DNA of 64,000 nucleotides, from the NCBI GenBank assembly GCA_938075305.1, contig CALJGV010000005.1:39390-103389 (forward strand), written 5' to 3'. Numbering within the stretch: the stretch's first letter is position 1; the number at the start of each line of letters is the position of its first letter. Under the pieces are notes generated by a model, which worked only from the letters and a program-made list of their open reading frames with translations, ran no database searches and was not told where the DNA came from. Positions 7,875 to 18,300 of this stretch are shown one piece after another. The stretch is from an uncultured bacterium. Its GTDB lineage: Bacteria; Planctomycetota; UBA1135; GCA-002686595. The position numbers and the translations under genes are program-made.

Positions 7875-9884
7875 ATGGTTGGAGGATTTCTTCCCCCGGG
7901 CGGCTGGCGACGGCTCGCCCCGCGCGCCGCCGCGCTGTTGGTGCTGGTCTTCCTGACGGCTCCCGGTGCGATCGGTCGGCCCAAACAAGGCCCTGAAGGT
8001 GCCACGCAGCAGCAGATCGAAGACGCCATCAACAGCGGCGCCAACTACCTGCTGAAGCGGCAGCAGCTGGACGGATCGTGGCGTCCTGATGAGCACAAGT
8101 ACGTGTCCGGGCAGACCGGCCTCGCGATGTACACGCTCATCAAGTCCGGCGTCTCCCCCCGACACCCTTCGATCCTCCGCGGGCTCGCGTACCTGCGAGC
8201 TCACCCGCCCCGCCACACCTATGGCATCGCGTGCTGCCTCATGGCGCTGCACGCGGCGGACCCCACGCAGCACATGGAGGAGATCGCGACCTGGACCGAG
8301 CTCCTGCTCGAGTGCCAGGGTCAAGGCTTCAGCTATCCCGGGGGGCACGAAGACCTTTCCCTCACCCAATACGGCTGCCTCGGGATGCGCGTGGCCGAAG
8401 CCAGCGGCCTGGAGATCTCCTCCAAGATCTGGGAGCAGTGCATCGACTACGCGCTCAACATCCAGCGTGACGACGGGTCGTTCTCCTACAAGCAGGGGAC
8501 CGTGGCCACCGGCTCCATGACGGCCGCGGGCGTGGCGATCCTCGAGCTCGGGCGGCAGGCGCTCGAGGCGAAGGGGGACCTGAGCAAGCGCGACGCACGG
8601 GTGATCGCCACGGCCATCGACGAGGGCATCGACTGGCTCGCCACGAACATGCGCGTGGACCGCAACCCGGACCCCGCCTCGGAGAACGACAACGCCGGGC
8701 ACATGACCCGCTGGCACCTCTACTACCTGTACGGGCTCGAGCGGGTGGGTGGCCTGACCGGCCGTGCCGAGTTCGGGCCGCACGACTGGTACAAGCAGGC
8801 CTCCAACTTCCTGGTCAAGAACCAGCACGAGACCGGTCGCTGGGGGACGGCCCACGGGGAGACGCACCCCGGCACCTGCTTCGGCGTCCTCGTGCTCAAG
8901 CGCGCCACCTCCCCGACCTCAGGTCTCAAGCCGCGGGGCGCGAAGAGCTACGGGGACGATGATCCGGAGCAGCCGCTGTCCATCCGGATCACCGGCGACA
9001 CACCCTTGACCGCCTGGGTGTCCTCCTGGGGCGACCGCACCCTGGAGCAGCACGAGTGGGACAAGGATATCGGCAAGGGGCCCCGCCTCTGGCGGGTCGA
9101 CTACGTGAACGCGGACACCGGCGAGGTGCTGGCGTCCGCGGAGGGCGATCCGCAGAAGCCGTCGAGGGGCGAGCGCTATGCCACGCAATTCAGCATGTCG
9201 AAGCCCGGCAAGCACAGGGTCGTCGCCAAGGCGTACGTCCGGCCCATCGACGACGACGAGGGGGAGCAGGTGGAGCTGCTCTCCCCGGCACTCGAGGTCC
9301 TGGTGGACGGGGTCATGACCCCCTCCATGCGCGAGGCCATCCGTGACCTGGACCGCGACGAGCTGGACAAGACGCGGAGCACCTGCCGCGCGTCGAGCGC
9401 CGCGAACAAGTCACACGCGGCCCGCTTCGTGCGCGATGGCTCCCATGGCCACGGGTGGCTGTCGGGCCCCGACGATGCGCGGCCCTGGATCTCCCTGGAG
9501 CCCGATAGGCCCCAGCGCGCCGATCACGTGGTGCTGTCTCCTTACTACAAGGCGCCCGATGAGCGGAAAGCCTGGGGGCGCGCCAAGCGGGTCCTCCTGG
9601 AGGTGAACCGGGCCGAGGTCGGCGAGTTCGAGCTCGACCCGGACCTCTTCGGCAAGGCGTACCTCCCGCTCCCGAAGACGAAGGTCATCCGCGAGCTGAA
9701 GGTCACGATCGTCGAGGTCGCCGCCGGGACGGACGGCGGACACAAGAACCGCGCAGGCTTCGCCGAGATCGAGCTCCAGCGTCGCCCCGACCTCATCAAG
9801 CAGCGCAAGGCCGAGGAGAAGGCCCAGCGCAAGGCAGCAGCCGAAGCTGCTGCCGCCGCGCGGTCCAAGCGCAAGCCCCTCTAG
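7875..9884 (+). CDS. Secreted prenyltransferase/squalene-cyclase-like repeat (alpha/alpha barrel) protein with a C-terminal discoidin-like beta domain
   Basis: QW-like repeats QQLDGSW, QRDDGSFSY, QHETGRW; GSMTAAG; YYLYGLERVG. C-terminal RASSA..DG..WLS..PWISL..FAEIEL. TATCCT 7 nt before the ATG. Confidence 0.75.
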   Translation: MVGGFLPPGGWRRLAPRAAALLVLVFLTAPGAIGRPKQGPEGATQQQIEDAINSGANYLLKRQQLDGSWRPDEHKYVSGQTGLAMYTLIKSGVSPRHPSILRGLAYLRAHPPRHTYGIACCLMALHAADPTQHMEEIATWTELLLECQGQGFSYPGGHEDLSLTQYGCLGMRVAEASGLEISSKIWEQCIDYALNIQRDDGSFSYKQGTVATGSMTAAGVAILELGRQALEAKGDLSKRDARVIATAIDEGIDWLATNMRVDRNPDPASENDNAGHMTRWHLYYLYGLERVGGLTGRAEFGPHDWYKQASNFLVKNQHETGRWGTAHGETHPGTCFGVLVLKRATSPTSGLKPRGAKSYGDDDPEQPLSIRITGDTPLTAWVSSWGDRTLEQHEWDKDIGKGPRLWRVDYVNADTGEVLASAEGDPQKPSRGERYATQFSMSKPGKHRVVAKAYVRPIDDDEGEQVELLSPALEVLVDGVMTPSMREAIRDLDRDELDKTRSTCRASSAANKSHAARFVRDGSHGHGWLSGPDDARPWISLEPDRPQRADHVVLSPYYKAPDERKAWGRAKRVLLEVNRAEVGEFELDPDLFGKAYLPLPKTKVIRELKVTIVEVAAGTDGGHKNRAGFAEIELQRRPDLIKQRKAEEKAQRKAAAEAAAAARSKRKPL

Positions 9885-11698
9885 CCGGCGAGCTCCAGGA
9901 GCACCTGGAGCCTCAGGAAGTCCACGTCCTTCACCCTGACGGAGATCTGGTAGCCCTCCGTGAAGGAGAGCACTCGCTTCCCCACCGAGACCTTCAGGGT
10001 CGCCCCGTCCACCTTGGGACGGTCCCCCATGGATCGCGCGGGAATGAACCCCGAGACATTGAGCTCCCCGATGTGGACCTCGAGGCCTCCCCGTGAGACC
10101 CGTTGGACCTTGGCGTCGAAGGACTGGTCGATGCGAGGTTCCATGAACTGGCAGACCTTCAGGTCCTTGACCGCGATCTCCGCCATGCCGGCAGCCTCGG
10201 ACTGCACGCTGCAGTGGGAGGCCGTGTCGTTCAACTCGTCGATGAGGGCGAGGGAGCTGAGCTCTTCCGCCGCCTCCTCCTGTCGCGTCTCGACCGAGTG
10301 GAGCCAGCGGTGCACGATGAGGTCGGGATAGCGCCGGATCGGTGAGGTGAAGTGGAGGTAGGCCTTCCGTGCCAGCCCGAAGTGCGTCGCCACGTCCTCG
10401 TGATCCTTCACCTCGTAGACCGCCCGCTCCACCAGGCCCATGATGCGCTGCACAAGGGCCTCAGCGTTGGGCTTCCGCCGCGCGAGGCGAATCATGCGGC
10501 CGATGTCTCGACCCGTGAGGCGGTCCTTGTCCGGGACACGGATCCCGAACTTCGACAGCATCGCCGCCACACGCTCGATCTCCTCGGGGTCCTTCTCCGG
10601 GTGGACCCGGTAGATCGTGGGCAGCCCTTTGGCGCGGAAGAGGTCGCCCACCGCCTGGTTCGCGGCCAGCGCGGTCTCCTCGATCAGCGTCTGGGAGAAG
10701 TACCGCGGCGCGTTCACGATCGCCTCGACCTCGTGGGCCTCGTCGAACACGAACTTCTTCTCGCGGGAGTTGATCCGCAGGGACCCCTTGGCGTCCCGGA
10801 TCCGCTGCTGGACCTTCGTCCACGTGCTGAACTGCTCGAGGGGCGCGCGCAGGAACTCGATCTCCTCGGTCTCCGGCGTCGAGGTTCCATCCAGGAGGTC
10901 CTGGACAATGCGATAGTCCCCGCGGTGCACGCTGCAAATGACGCTCTTCGCGACGCTCGAGGAGACTCGCTCGCCAGCCTCGTTGAACTCCATGAAGACG
11001 GAGTAGGCAAGGCGGTCTTGCTTCGGGACGAGGGAGCAGAGCCCGTTGGAGAGGGCCTCGGGGAGCATCGGGATCACCTGATCCGGCAGGTACACGCTGG
11101 TCCCTCGGGCCAGCGCCTCGTCATCCAGCGCGGTGCCGGGTCGCACATAGTGACTCACGTCGGCGATGTGGACGCTGACGTGGAAGCCCCCCCCATCCCT
11201 GGGCCGGATCGCAATGGCGTCGTCGTAATCCTTCGCGTCGGCACCGTCGATGGTGAAGATCACCTCATCGCGGAGGTCCAATCGTCCCGCGTAGTCCTCC
11301 TGGGCCGGATTCTCCGGAAGCTCACCGAGCTCCCCGAGGACATCCTCCGGAAACAGGGTCCGCAGGCGGAAGGACCGCACGAGTTCCATCTCCTCGGAGT
11401 CCACGTCGGCGTAGCAGGCCGGGCCATGCCCCATGGGGCCGAAGGCGCCAGGCCGCCGCGCGATCCGTGCCGGAATCTGACTGTCGGGGTCAGGGAGCCC
11501 CTCCAGGTCCTCCTCCGTGAGCTCGTAGGGCTCCTCGTCGCCCGTCTCGAGGGTCCAGCCCCGGTCCGAGACAGGGGCGGAGCCTGTCTCAACCCCCGAT
11601 TCCTCACCCTTCTCGGGCTCTTCTCCCTGGTTGCCCTTGAGGGCCTTGCGCAGATCCCCGAAACTGCCGAAACCTGACGGTCTATCGCTGCGTCCCAT
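9881..11698 (-). CDS. rnr: RNase II/RNase R-family 3'-5' exoribonuclease (RNB + S1 domains)
   Basis: FTIDGADAKDYDDA, VHIADVSHYV, RGTSVYLP, HFGLA..YLHFTSPIRRYPDL, C-terminal S1 domain. Confidence 0.88.
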   Translation of the reverse strand: MGRSDRPSGFGSFGDLRKALKGNQGEEPEKGEESGVETGSAPVSDRGWTLETGDEEPYELTEEDLEGLPDPDSQIPARIARRPGAFGPMGHGPACYADVDSEEMELVRSFRLRTLFPEDVLGELGELPENPAQEDYAGRLDLRDEVIFTIDGADAKDYDDAIAIRPRDGGGFHVSVHIADVSHYVRPGTALDDEALARGTSVYLPDQVIPMLPEALSNGLCSLVPKQDRLAYSVFMEFNEAGERVSSSVAKSVICSVHRGDYRIVQDLLDGTSTPETEEIEFLRAPLEQFSTWTKVQQRIRDAKGSLRINSREKKFVFDEAHEVEAIVNAPRYFSQTLIEETALAANQAVGDLFRAKGLPTIYRVHPEKDPEEIERVAAMLSKFGIRVPDKDRLTGRDIGRMIRLARRKPNAEALVQRIMGLVERAVYEVKDHEDVATHFGLARKAYLHFTSPIRRYPDLIVHRWLHSVETRQEEAAEELSSLALIDELNDTASHCSVQSEAAGMAEIAVKDLKVCQFMEPRIDQSFDAKVQRVSRGGLEVHIGELNVSGFIPARSMGDRPKVDGATLKVSVGKRVLSFTEGYQISVRVKDVDFLRLQVLLELAG

Positions 11699-11939
11699 GG
11701 CGCCAGGATAACCCGTCAGCGCCGGACCACGTGTCGCAGACATCTGTCCCCGGCTTCTTCTCCTCCCCAGCACCACCCGCGACTGATTTGAATCCGTGCC
11801 TCGGCCCCGCTCGTTCCGAGCGCTCGTCGAGGAATCGCCATCGTGGCGACAGCGGTTCTTGCTCGGCACCACCTCGCTCACCCCACGGAGCGCCTCCCCT
11901 CAGGCGCGCCCTCTCTTCGGCCAGGCGAGACTCCGACCC

Positions 11940-14720
11940 ATGATCACACAGCTTTCATTCCGCACTCCCCGCGGACGGACCCGCACCATCCGTCGCACTC
12001 TCCTCGGGGCGATCCTCGTCTGCACCGCGGCCGCCCAGGCGGGGGCCCAGTCCTTCACGGTCCAGGTACAGGGATCCATGGTCGAAAGGATCCAATCCGG
12101 CGGCGCATGGGTGGAGCGGTCTGATCTCCGTTGGGGGACGTCGAGCGGGGACGTGCAGTTCACCAACCGATCCGCGTCCATCCGCAACGCGGACAGCCGC
12201 AACCTCGAGTCCTACTTCGTTCGGTCGAACACCCAGACCCCCTGGGAGGTCAGCTTCGCGAACTGGGCGCCCGGGGCTGGCCCCGCGGCCGATTTCTTCC
12301 TCTTCGAGGTCGGGGGCAACGATTCCGTCCAGGTCCGGGCGCGCTTCCTCAACGGGACTCTGGGCGCGCCGGTCTCCATCGGCCCGTGGATCCAGACGCC
12401 CGTCGTCTGCACCTCCGGCGACAACCGGGGCCAGCGAGTCCACGGCATCGAGTTCAGATTCGAGGACCTCAAGCTCCCCGGCGGCGCCAGCGTGACGCCA
12501 ACGACCGTCGTCACCGGCATCCAGGTCCTCTCCAGCGGCATCGACGGCGCGGCGTTCCTGATCCGCGACCCCGGGACGCTCGCAGGGGCAGACGGGAACG
12601 GTTCGCACACCATCACGCCGCTCGAGCCGCGTGTGGGGAGTCCGATGGAGCTTCGCTTTGCGGGCCCCTGGGAGTCCGAGACCGGCGACAGCCCCAACCC
12701 CTTCCTCGACTACCGGCTCTCCGTGCGCTTCGACGGCCCAGGCGGTCGCAGCCTGACCGTCCCTGGCTTCTTCGACGCCGACGGTCAGTCCGGCGACGTC
12801 GGGAACATCTGGACCGTCCGGTTCCTGCCCCCGGTCCAGGGGACGTGGACCGCCAACGTCTCCATGCGTCAGGGCGCCGGCGTGGCGCTGCAGAGCGGGC
12901 CCACCCCGGGCAGCTCGGTGCCCACCATCGATGGACGCCAGATCTCCTTCGAGGTCAAGTCCATCGACCCGGCCGGACGGGGGTTCTACCGCCTCGGCAC
13001 CCTGACCGACGTGGGACGGCACCACCGCAAGTTCGAGCACGGCCCCTTCTACCTGAAGGCAGGGATCAACGGCCCCGAGAACTTCCTCGCCAACCGGGCG
13101 ATGGACGACATCACCAAGACCCAGGGCGTGGGCAACCTCCACAGCTTCGCGGAGCACCGCGGCGACTGGAATCCCGGCGACCCCGTCCTCCGTCCCGGGA
13201 ACGGGGTCGAGGATGGCAAGGGTGCCATCGGCGCCCTGAATTACCTGGCGGAGAAGGGGGTCAACTCCTTGTTCCTGCTGGTGATGAACCTGGGCGGGGA
13301 TGGCAAGGACGTCTACCCCTTCCTCGGGCCAGAGAACCGGGCCTTCGAGAAGCGCCACTACGACACCAGCCGGCTCCGGCAGTGGAACATCGTCTTCGAG
13401 CACGCCCAGACCATGGGCATCTCGCTCTCGCTCGTGATGAACGAGACCGAGGTCGCCAATGAGCTTTGGCTCGACGGCGGGACCCTCGGCGTCGAGCGCA
13501 AGCTCTTCTATCGCGAGATGGTGGCGCGCTTCGGTCATCACCCGGCGATCCGCTGGAACCTCTGCGAGGAGACCGACTTCAACGCCGCGACCCTGGCGGC
13601 CTTCGCGGCCTGGATCACGGACTACGACGCGTACGAACACCCCATCTCGCTCCACAACCGGCCTGACGACCTCGCGGTCTTCCAGTCCGTGTTGACCGAT
13701 CCGAACATCGACGCGGCCTCCCTCCAGTTCTCCCTGAACGCGGCGGAGGATCAGATCGAGGAGCTCCGGATGCTCTCCGAGCAGGCTGGCAGGCCCTGGC
13801 TGATCGACGCGGACGAGATGAACCCGTGGCCCACCGGCCTGACGGACACCAACGCGAACGACATCCGCAAGCGCGTCCTCTACGACGCCCTCTTCAGCGG
13901 CGGCGGCGTGGAGTTCTACCTGGGTTGGCACAACCTCCCCCTTGGCGGCGACCTCTCCCTCGAGGACTTCCGGACCAGGGACGAGATGTGGACGTACGTC
14001 GGGTACGCACGCCACTTCATCGAGGCAGAGCTGCCCTTCTGGGAGATGACTCCCATGGACAACCTGCTGCGGAACGAGTCCACGGCCTACGGCGAGGGCC
14101 AGGTCTTCGCGAAGGAAGATCAGGTCTACGCCGTCTACCTGGGCAACGCGTCGTCCACCGGCGAGCTCAACCTCGGAAGCTCCACGGGCGCCTTCGAACA
14201 GTTCTGGTTCAACCCGCGGACCGGCCAAATCGCCGGCTCGCCCAGCGTGGTGAACGTCAGCAGCGGCTGGCGCGCCCTCGGCGCGCCGCCCTCCGACCCG
14301 AGCGAGGACTGGGTGTACGTGCTCCGCCGTCACGCCCCGCTCTCCGCGCGGACCTACTCCGGCTCGGTGAGCGCCGACGACGTCCAGCAGATCTACTTCC
14401 ACCCGGGCGAGGCGTTCGCCAACCGCTCGTTCATCATGTTCTCGAGCCTGAGCGGGACGTCGAACGGGTTCGTCCTCGGGGGCCTCGACGTGCCGATCAA
14501 CTTCGACCGCTGGACGCGGGCCGGCCTGATCGACACACAGGGCGTGGTCTTCCAGAATCAGATCGGCGTCCTGAACCAGGCTGGCGCCGCGGGCATCGGG
14601 GTTCGCCTCAACCCGGCCTTCACCAGCGGGCTGATCGGGCAGACCATGTACCACTGCGCCGTGACGAGGAACCCCTACGACTTCGTCTCGAACGTCATCA
14701 CGCTGCAGATCCTCCCCTGA
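11940..14720 (+). CDS. Secreted DUF5060 + glycoside-hydrolase-like TIM barrel + putative collagen-binding domain protein with a C-terminal beta module
   Basis: Signal peptide ending AQAGAQ. PNPFLDYRLSVRF..VPGFFDADG..WTVRFLP (DUF5060-like), WNLCEE, QFWFNPRTG..DWVYVL. Confidence 0.78.
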   Translation: MITQLSFRTPRGRTRTIRRTLLGAILVCTAAAQAGAQSFTVQVQGSMVERIQSGGAWVERSDLRWGTSSGDVQFTNRSASIRNADSRNLESYFVRSNTQTPWEVSFANWAPGAGPAADFFLFEVGGNDSVQVRARFLNGTLGAPVSIGPWIQTPVVCTSGDNRGQRVHGIEFRFEDLKLPGGASVTPTTVVTGIQVLSSGIDGAAFLIRDPGTLAGADGNGSHTITPLEPRVGSPMELRFAGPWESETGDSPNPFLDYRLSVRFDGPGGRSLTVPGFFDADGQSGDVGNIWTVRFLPPVQGTWTANVSMRQGAGVALQSGPTPGSSVPTIDGRQISFEVKSIDPAGRGFYRLGTLTDVGRHHRKFEHGPFYLKAGINGPENFLANRAMDDITKTQGVGNLHSFAEHRGDWNPGDPVLRPGNGVEDGKGAIGALNYLAEKGVNSLFLLVMNLGGDGKDVYPFLGPENRAFEKRHYDTSRLRQWNIVFEHAQTMGISLSLVMNETEVANELWLDGGTLGVERKLFYREMVARFGHHPAIRWNLCEETDFNAATLAAFAAWITDYDAYEHPISLHNRPDDLAVFQSVLTDPNIDAASLQFSLNAAEDQIEELRMLSEQAGRPWLIDADEMNPWPTGLTDTNANDIRKRVLYDALFSGGGVEFYLGWHNLPLGGDLSLEDFRTRDEMWTYVGYARHFIEAELPFWEMTPMDNLLRNESTAYGEGQVFAKEDQVYAVYLGNASSTGELNLGSSTGAFEQFWFNPRTGQIAGSPSVVNVSSGWRALGAPPSDPSEDWVYVLRRHAPLSARTYSGSVSADDVQQIYFHPGEAFANRSFIMFSSLSGTSNGFVLGGLDVPINFDRWTRAGLIDTQGVVFQNQIGVLNQAGAAGIGVRLNPAFTSGLIGQTMYHCAVTRNPYDFVSNVITLQILP

Positions 14721-14738
14721 GGGAGGGCCGGCGGCCGT

Positions 14739-15872
14739 TCAGCCGAGCGCCGTCGCCAGGAAGAGCCAGACCCCGACGCCCATCGCCGCCACGTCCACCG
14801 GCAGGCGCAGGCGCCGCGGCCCCGCCGCTGCGGGGTCCCGGCTCCGCGCAAGGAGGAGCAGCAACGCGAGGGCGACTCCCGCGAGGGTCGCCGAGAGCCC
14901 GGCGCTCGCTCCCGCCAGAGGCTCCCGAGGCCCGACCTCGCGGATGAGCTCCGGCGCGAGCTGGAGGACCTCCCTTCCGCCGAGGGCGAGGCCGAAGACC
15001 GCGGCCTCGATGAACCGGGTTCTTCCGTCCCGGTGCAGGAGATCGTCGAGCCCGATATAGGCGATGGCAAGCGGCACCGTGAGCTCGAGGAAACGGACCT
15101 CAGTGGCGGAGACCGTCACCCGCGCACCGAGCTGCACCCCCACCGCGGCGGCGACCACCAGGACCCCGACGGAGACCGCCGCCGACCGACGCCCGGGGCG
15201 CGCGGCGAGCACCAGCAGGACGACGAGCAGCAGCGAGTCGATGCTCCCGGCCGCCGCCTTCGCCCCGTGAACGAAGTACCGCTGAAACGCCGGGGCACCT
15301 CGCGCGAGCACCTCTGCGGACGCCTCGAACACGTGCCCCTCCGCCCCGAGAGCGAACTGGCGCTGGCCGACCTCGAGCCCGTTCCAGACGACGGCGCAGG
15401 AGTCTCGGTGACCAGGGCTTGTGATCTGGAACAGGGACTGGTGCACCCCCAACCGCTGCAACTCGCCGGCGTACGCCTCGAAGGTCAGGACCACATCGAC
15501 CCACTCGCTCACCTCGTTCATGGGGTCAAGGGCCAGCGGCGCCTCCCCCACGAAGGCCTCGGAGACGGCGAGGGCCGACCCAGGGACGACTCCTTCCGCG
15601 AAGTCGACCGCTCCGGGAACGAGTTGATAGTGGGCCCCCACGTACTCGGCGATCTCGCCGGAGAAGCGCTCGACCTCTCCCGGCTCCGCGTGCCCGTCGA
15701 GCTCAGGATCGAGCCCGTCGATCACCTCGCCAAGCGAGAGCACCTGGCAACGGAGCTGCAGCTCGACCACCCCTCCACGGATATGGAGCTCTGAGATCGA
15801 GAACGAGTTGGGGTGAACCGAGTACGACGCGTTCCCAGCGAGCGCGACCAGCGGGAGCAGGCCGGTCCACAT
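14739..15872 (-). CDS. HupE/UreJ-like membrane protein with an N-terminal extracytoplasmic domain
   Basis: Signal peptide then HPNSFS. RYFVHG..SIDSLLLVVLLVL, TVPLAIAYIGLDDL, AVFGLALG (degenerate HupE_UreJ_2-like). Overlaps the lon stop (TGATG). Confidence 0.6.
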   Translation of the reverse strand: MWTGLLPLVALAGNASYSVHPNSFSISELHIRGGVVELQLRCQVLSLGEVIDGLDPELDGHAEPGEVERFSGEIAEYVGAHYQLVPGAVDFAEGVVPGSALAVSEAFVGEAPLALDPMNEVSEWVDVVLTFEAYAGELQRLGVHQSLFQITSPGHRDSCAVVWNGLEVGQRQFALGAEGHVFEASAEVLARGAPAFQRYFVHGAKAAAGSIDSLLLVVLLVLAARPGRRSAAVSVGVLVVAAAVGVQLGARVTVSATEVRFLELTVPLAIAYIGLDDLLHRDGRTRFIEAAVFGLALGGREVLQLAPELIREVGPREPLAGASAGLSATLAGVALALLLLLARSRDPAAAGPRRLRLPVDVAAMGVGVWLFLATALG

Positions 15873-18250
15873 CAGGAACGAGGGGCACCCAGCGCGACGT
15901 CGAAGGCATCATCGATCACACGGAGGGGGATGAACTCGAGCTTCTTGCGCGCGGCCTCCGGCAGCTCGACCAGATCCGCCATGCTGCGCTCGGGCAGCAG
16001 GATCGTGCGGATCCCCGCCGCCAGCGCCGCGAGGACCTTCTCCTTCACGCCTCCCACGGGCAAGACTCGACCGCGCAGGCTGATCTCGCCGGTCATGGCG
16101 ACTGTCCCGCGAACGGGTCGCCCTGAGAACAAGGACGCCAGTGCGACGGTGATGGCCACGCCCGCTGAGGGTCCGTCCTTCGGGACCGCCCCCGCCGGGA
16201 TGTGGAGGTGAATATCGCTCGACGCGAGCTCATCCTCGTCGATCCCGAGCTCCGTGGCTCGCGATCTGAGCAGGGTCAGCGCCGCGAGCGCGCTCTCCTT
16301 CATCACGTCCCCGAGCTGTCCGGTGAGGCGAAGCTCGCCCTTGCCTCTGCAGCTCGCGGCCTCGATGAACAGGATCTCACCGCCGACCGAGGTCCACGCC
16401 AGCCCGGTCGCGACGCCGGATTGAGCGGTGCGCTCCGCCACCTCGTGCTCCCGGCGCTCGTGCCCGAGGATCTCCTTGACGTCCTCCGGTCCGATGGAGA
16501 TTGGCTTGCGACGCCGCGACGCGAACTTCACCGCCGCGAACCGGCAGATCGCGGCGATCTTGCGCTCGAGCTCACGCACCCCGGCCTCCCGCGTGTAGCC
16601 GGTGATCACCTCGCGGAGCGCCGCGACCGAGATCTTCAGCTGCGAAGCCTTGAGGCCCGCTGCGGCGCGCTGCCGACCCAGCAGGTGCTTGCGAGCGATG
16701 GCGAGCTTCTCCGCCTCGGTGTAGCCCGAGAGCCGGAGCACGTCCATCCGGTCGTGGAGCGGTCCGGGGATCTGCTCCTCGACGTTCGCCGTCGCGATGA
16801 AGAGGACCTCGGACAGGTCGAAGGGGACGCCGAGGTAGTTGTCCTGGAAGGTGCCGTTCTGGGCGGGGTCGAGGACCTCCAGCAACGCAGAGGACGGGTC
16901 CCCGTGGATCCCCGCGCCGAGCTTGTCCACCTCGTCCAGGAGGAAGACCGGGTTGCGGGTCCGGGCCTTTCGGAGCCCCTCGATGATCTTGCCCGGCATG
17001 GCCCCCACGTAGGTCCGCCGGTGCCCGCGGACCTCGGATTCATCGTGCACGCCGCCGAGGCTCACCCGCACGAACTCTCGCCCCATGGCTCGAGCGACGC
17101 TCTGGCCGAGGGAGGTCTTGCCGACGCCCGGGGGCCCCACGAGGCACAGGGTCGGCCCCTGCCCCTCCGGGTTCAACTTCTTGACCGCGAGGAACTCGAG
17201 GATCCTGCGCTTCACCTTCTCGAGGCCATGGTGGTCCGCGTCCAGGACCTCCTGGGCCGCGTTGAGCTGGAGGGTGTCCTTGCTGCGGGCATTCCAGGGC
17301 AGCTCGGTGAAGACCTCCATCCACGTGCGCAGCATGGAGTGCTCGGCCGCCTGCTCCGGGGTCCGCTCGAGGCGCCGGAGCTCGCGGCGGACCTCCCGCT
17401 CGGCCTCCTCGGGCAGCTTCAGCGCGTCGACGCGCTCCCGGAGCTCGGCCAGCTCATCCGTGAAGTCGTCGCCCTCGCCCAGCTCCCGCCGGATCTGACG
17501 CAGCTGCTCGCGGAGGAAGTACTCGCGCTGAGCCTGGTCCAGGGACCCCTTGGTCTCACGGCGAATCTTGAGGCTCAGCTCCAGCACGGCGGCGGCCTGA
17601 CCGAGGGCCTCGAGGAGGCGGTCCAGCCGCGCCCGGACCTCGAAGGTCTCGAGGATCTCCTGCTTCTCGGTGGAGGGCATGTCCAGGAAGGTCGCCACGA
17701 GATCGGCGAGCATCCCCGGCGAGTCGATGCCCTGGACCGCCTGCTCGAGATCCTCTGGCGTCCCGGGCGAGAGGCTGAGAACCTCCTCGGCGCGCTGCTT
17801 CAGCGCCACGAAGCGCGCCTCGATGGCCCGAGTGGAGCGGTCCACCTCCTCGATCCGGCGCACCCGCGCCACGAGGAGCGGCTCGGTCTCCACGTAGTCG
17901 ATGACCTCGAACCGGCTGAGCCCCTGGCAGATGGCCTGGTGGCGACCGTCCGGCGCCGTCCAGTAGCGCATGATCTCACCCACCGTGCCGACCTTGAAGA
18001 GGTCAGCGGGCCCAGGCGAGTCATCGCGCTCATCCCGCTGCAGGAGCAGGCCGATGGGACGGTCGTCCTCGACGGCGGCGCGTACCGCGAGCACGGACGA
18101 CTCCCGGCCCAACATGAGCGGGAGCACCACGCCCGGGAAGAGGATCATGTTCCGGACAGGAACGATGACGAGCTCCTCGGTCTCGGTGTGGTCAGCCGAG
18201 CGCCTTGCGCGGCGCGGAGCCTTCCTCTTGGACTTCTTCTTGCGGGCCAA
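15872..18250 (-). CDS. lon: ATP-dependent Lon protease
   Basis: N-domain PVRNMILFPG, GPPGVGKTS, RGHRRTYVGAMPG, LLDEVDK, PKDGPSAG (catalytic Ser), GGVKEK. Likely TTG start at 18250; the ORF-track extension overlaps the next gene. Confidence 0.95.
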   Translation of the reverse strand: MARKKKSKRKAPRRARRSADHTETEELVIVPVRNMILFPGVVLPLMLGRESSVLAVRAAVEDDRPIGLLLQRDERDDSPGPADLFKVGTVGEIMRYWTAPDGRHQAICQGLSRFEVIDYVETEPLLVARVRRIEEVDRSTRAIEARFVALKQRAEEVLSLSPGTPEDLEQAVQGIDSPGMLADLVATFLDMPSTEKQEILETFEVRARLDRLLEALGQAAAVLELSLKIRRETKGSLDQAQREYFLREQLRQIRRELGEGDDFTDELAELRERVDALKLPEEAEREVRRELRRLERTPEQAAEHSMLRTWMEVFTELPWNARSKDTLQLNAAQEVLDADHHGLEKVKRRILEFLAVKKLNPEGQGPTLCLVGPPGVGKTSLGQSVARAMGREFVRVSLGGVHDESEVRGHRRTYVGAMPGKIIEGLRKARTRNPVFLLDEVDKLGAGIHGDPSSALLEVLDPAQNGTFQDNYLGVPFDLSEVLFIATANVEEQIPGPLHDRMDVLRLSGYTEAEKLAIARKHLLGRQRAAAGLKASQLKISVAALREVITGYTREAGVRELERKIAAICRFAAVKFASRRRKPISIGPEDVKEILGHERREHEVAERTAQSGVATGLAWTSVGGEILFIEAASCRGKGELRLTGQLGDVMKESALAALTLLRSRATELGIDEDELASSDIHLHIPAGAVPKDGPSAGVAITVALASLFSGRPVRGTVAMTGEISLRGRVLPVGGVKEKVLAALAAGIRTILLPERSMADLVELPEAARKKLEFIPLRVIDDAFDVALGAPRS

Positions 18251-18300
18251 TGGAGTCGTGGTCGGTGGGAGTGAACGGCGGGGTGGTTCCTCGGCGCGCC

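Noticed and set aside
14739-15872. Hydrogenase or urease nickel-uptake locus
   Set aside because: No hydrogenase or urease genes are in the window, and the metal-binding His motifs are degenerate.
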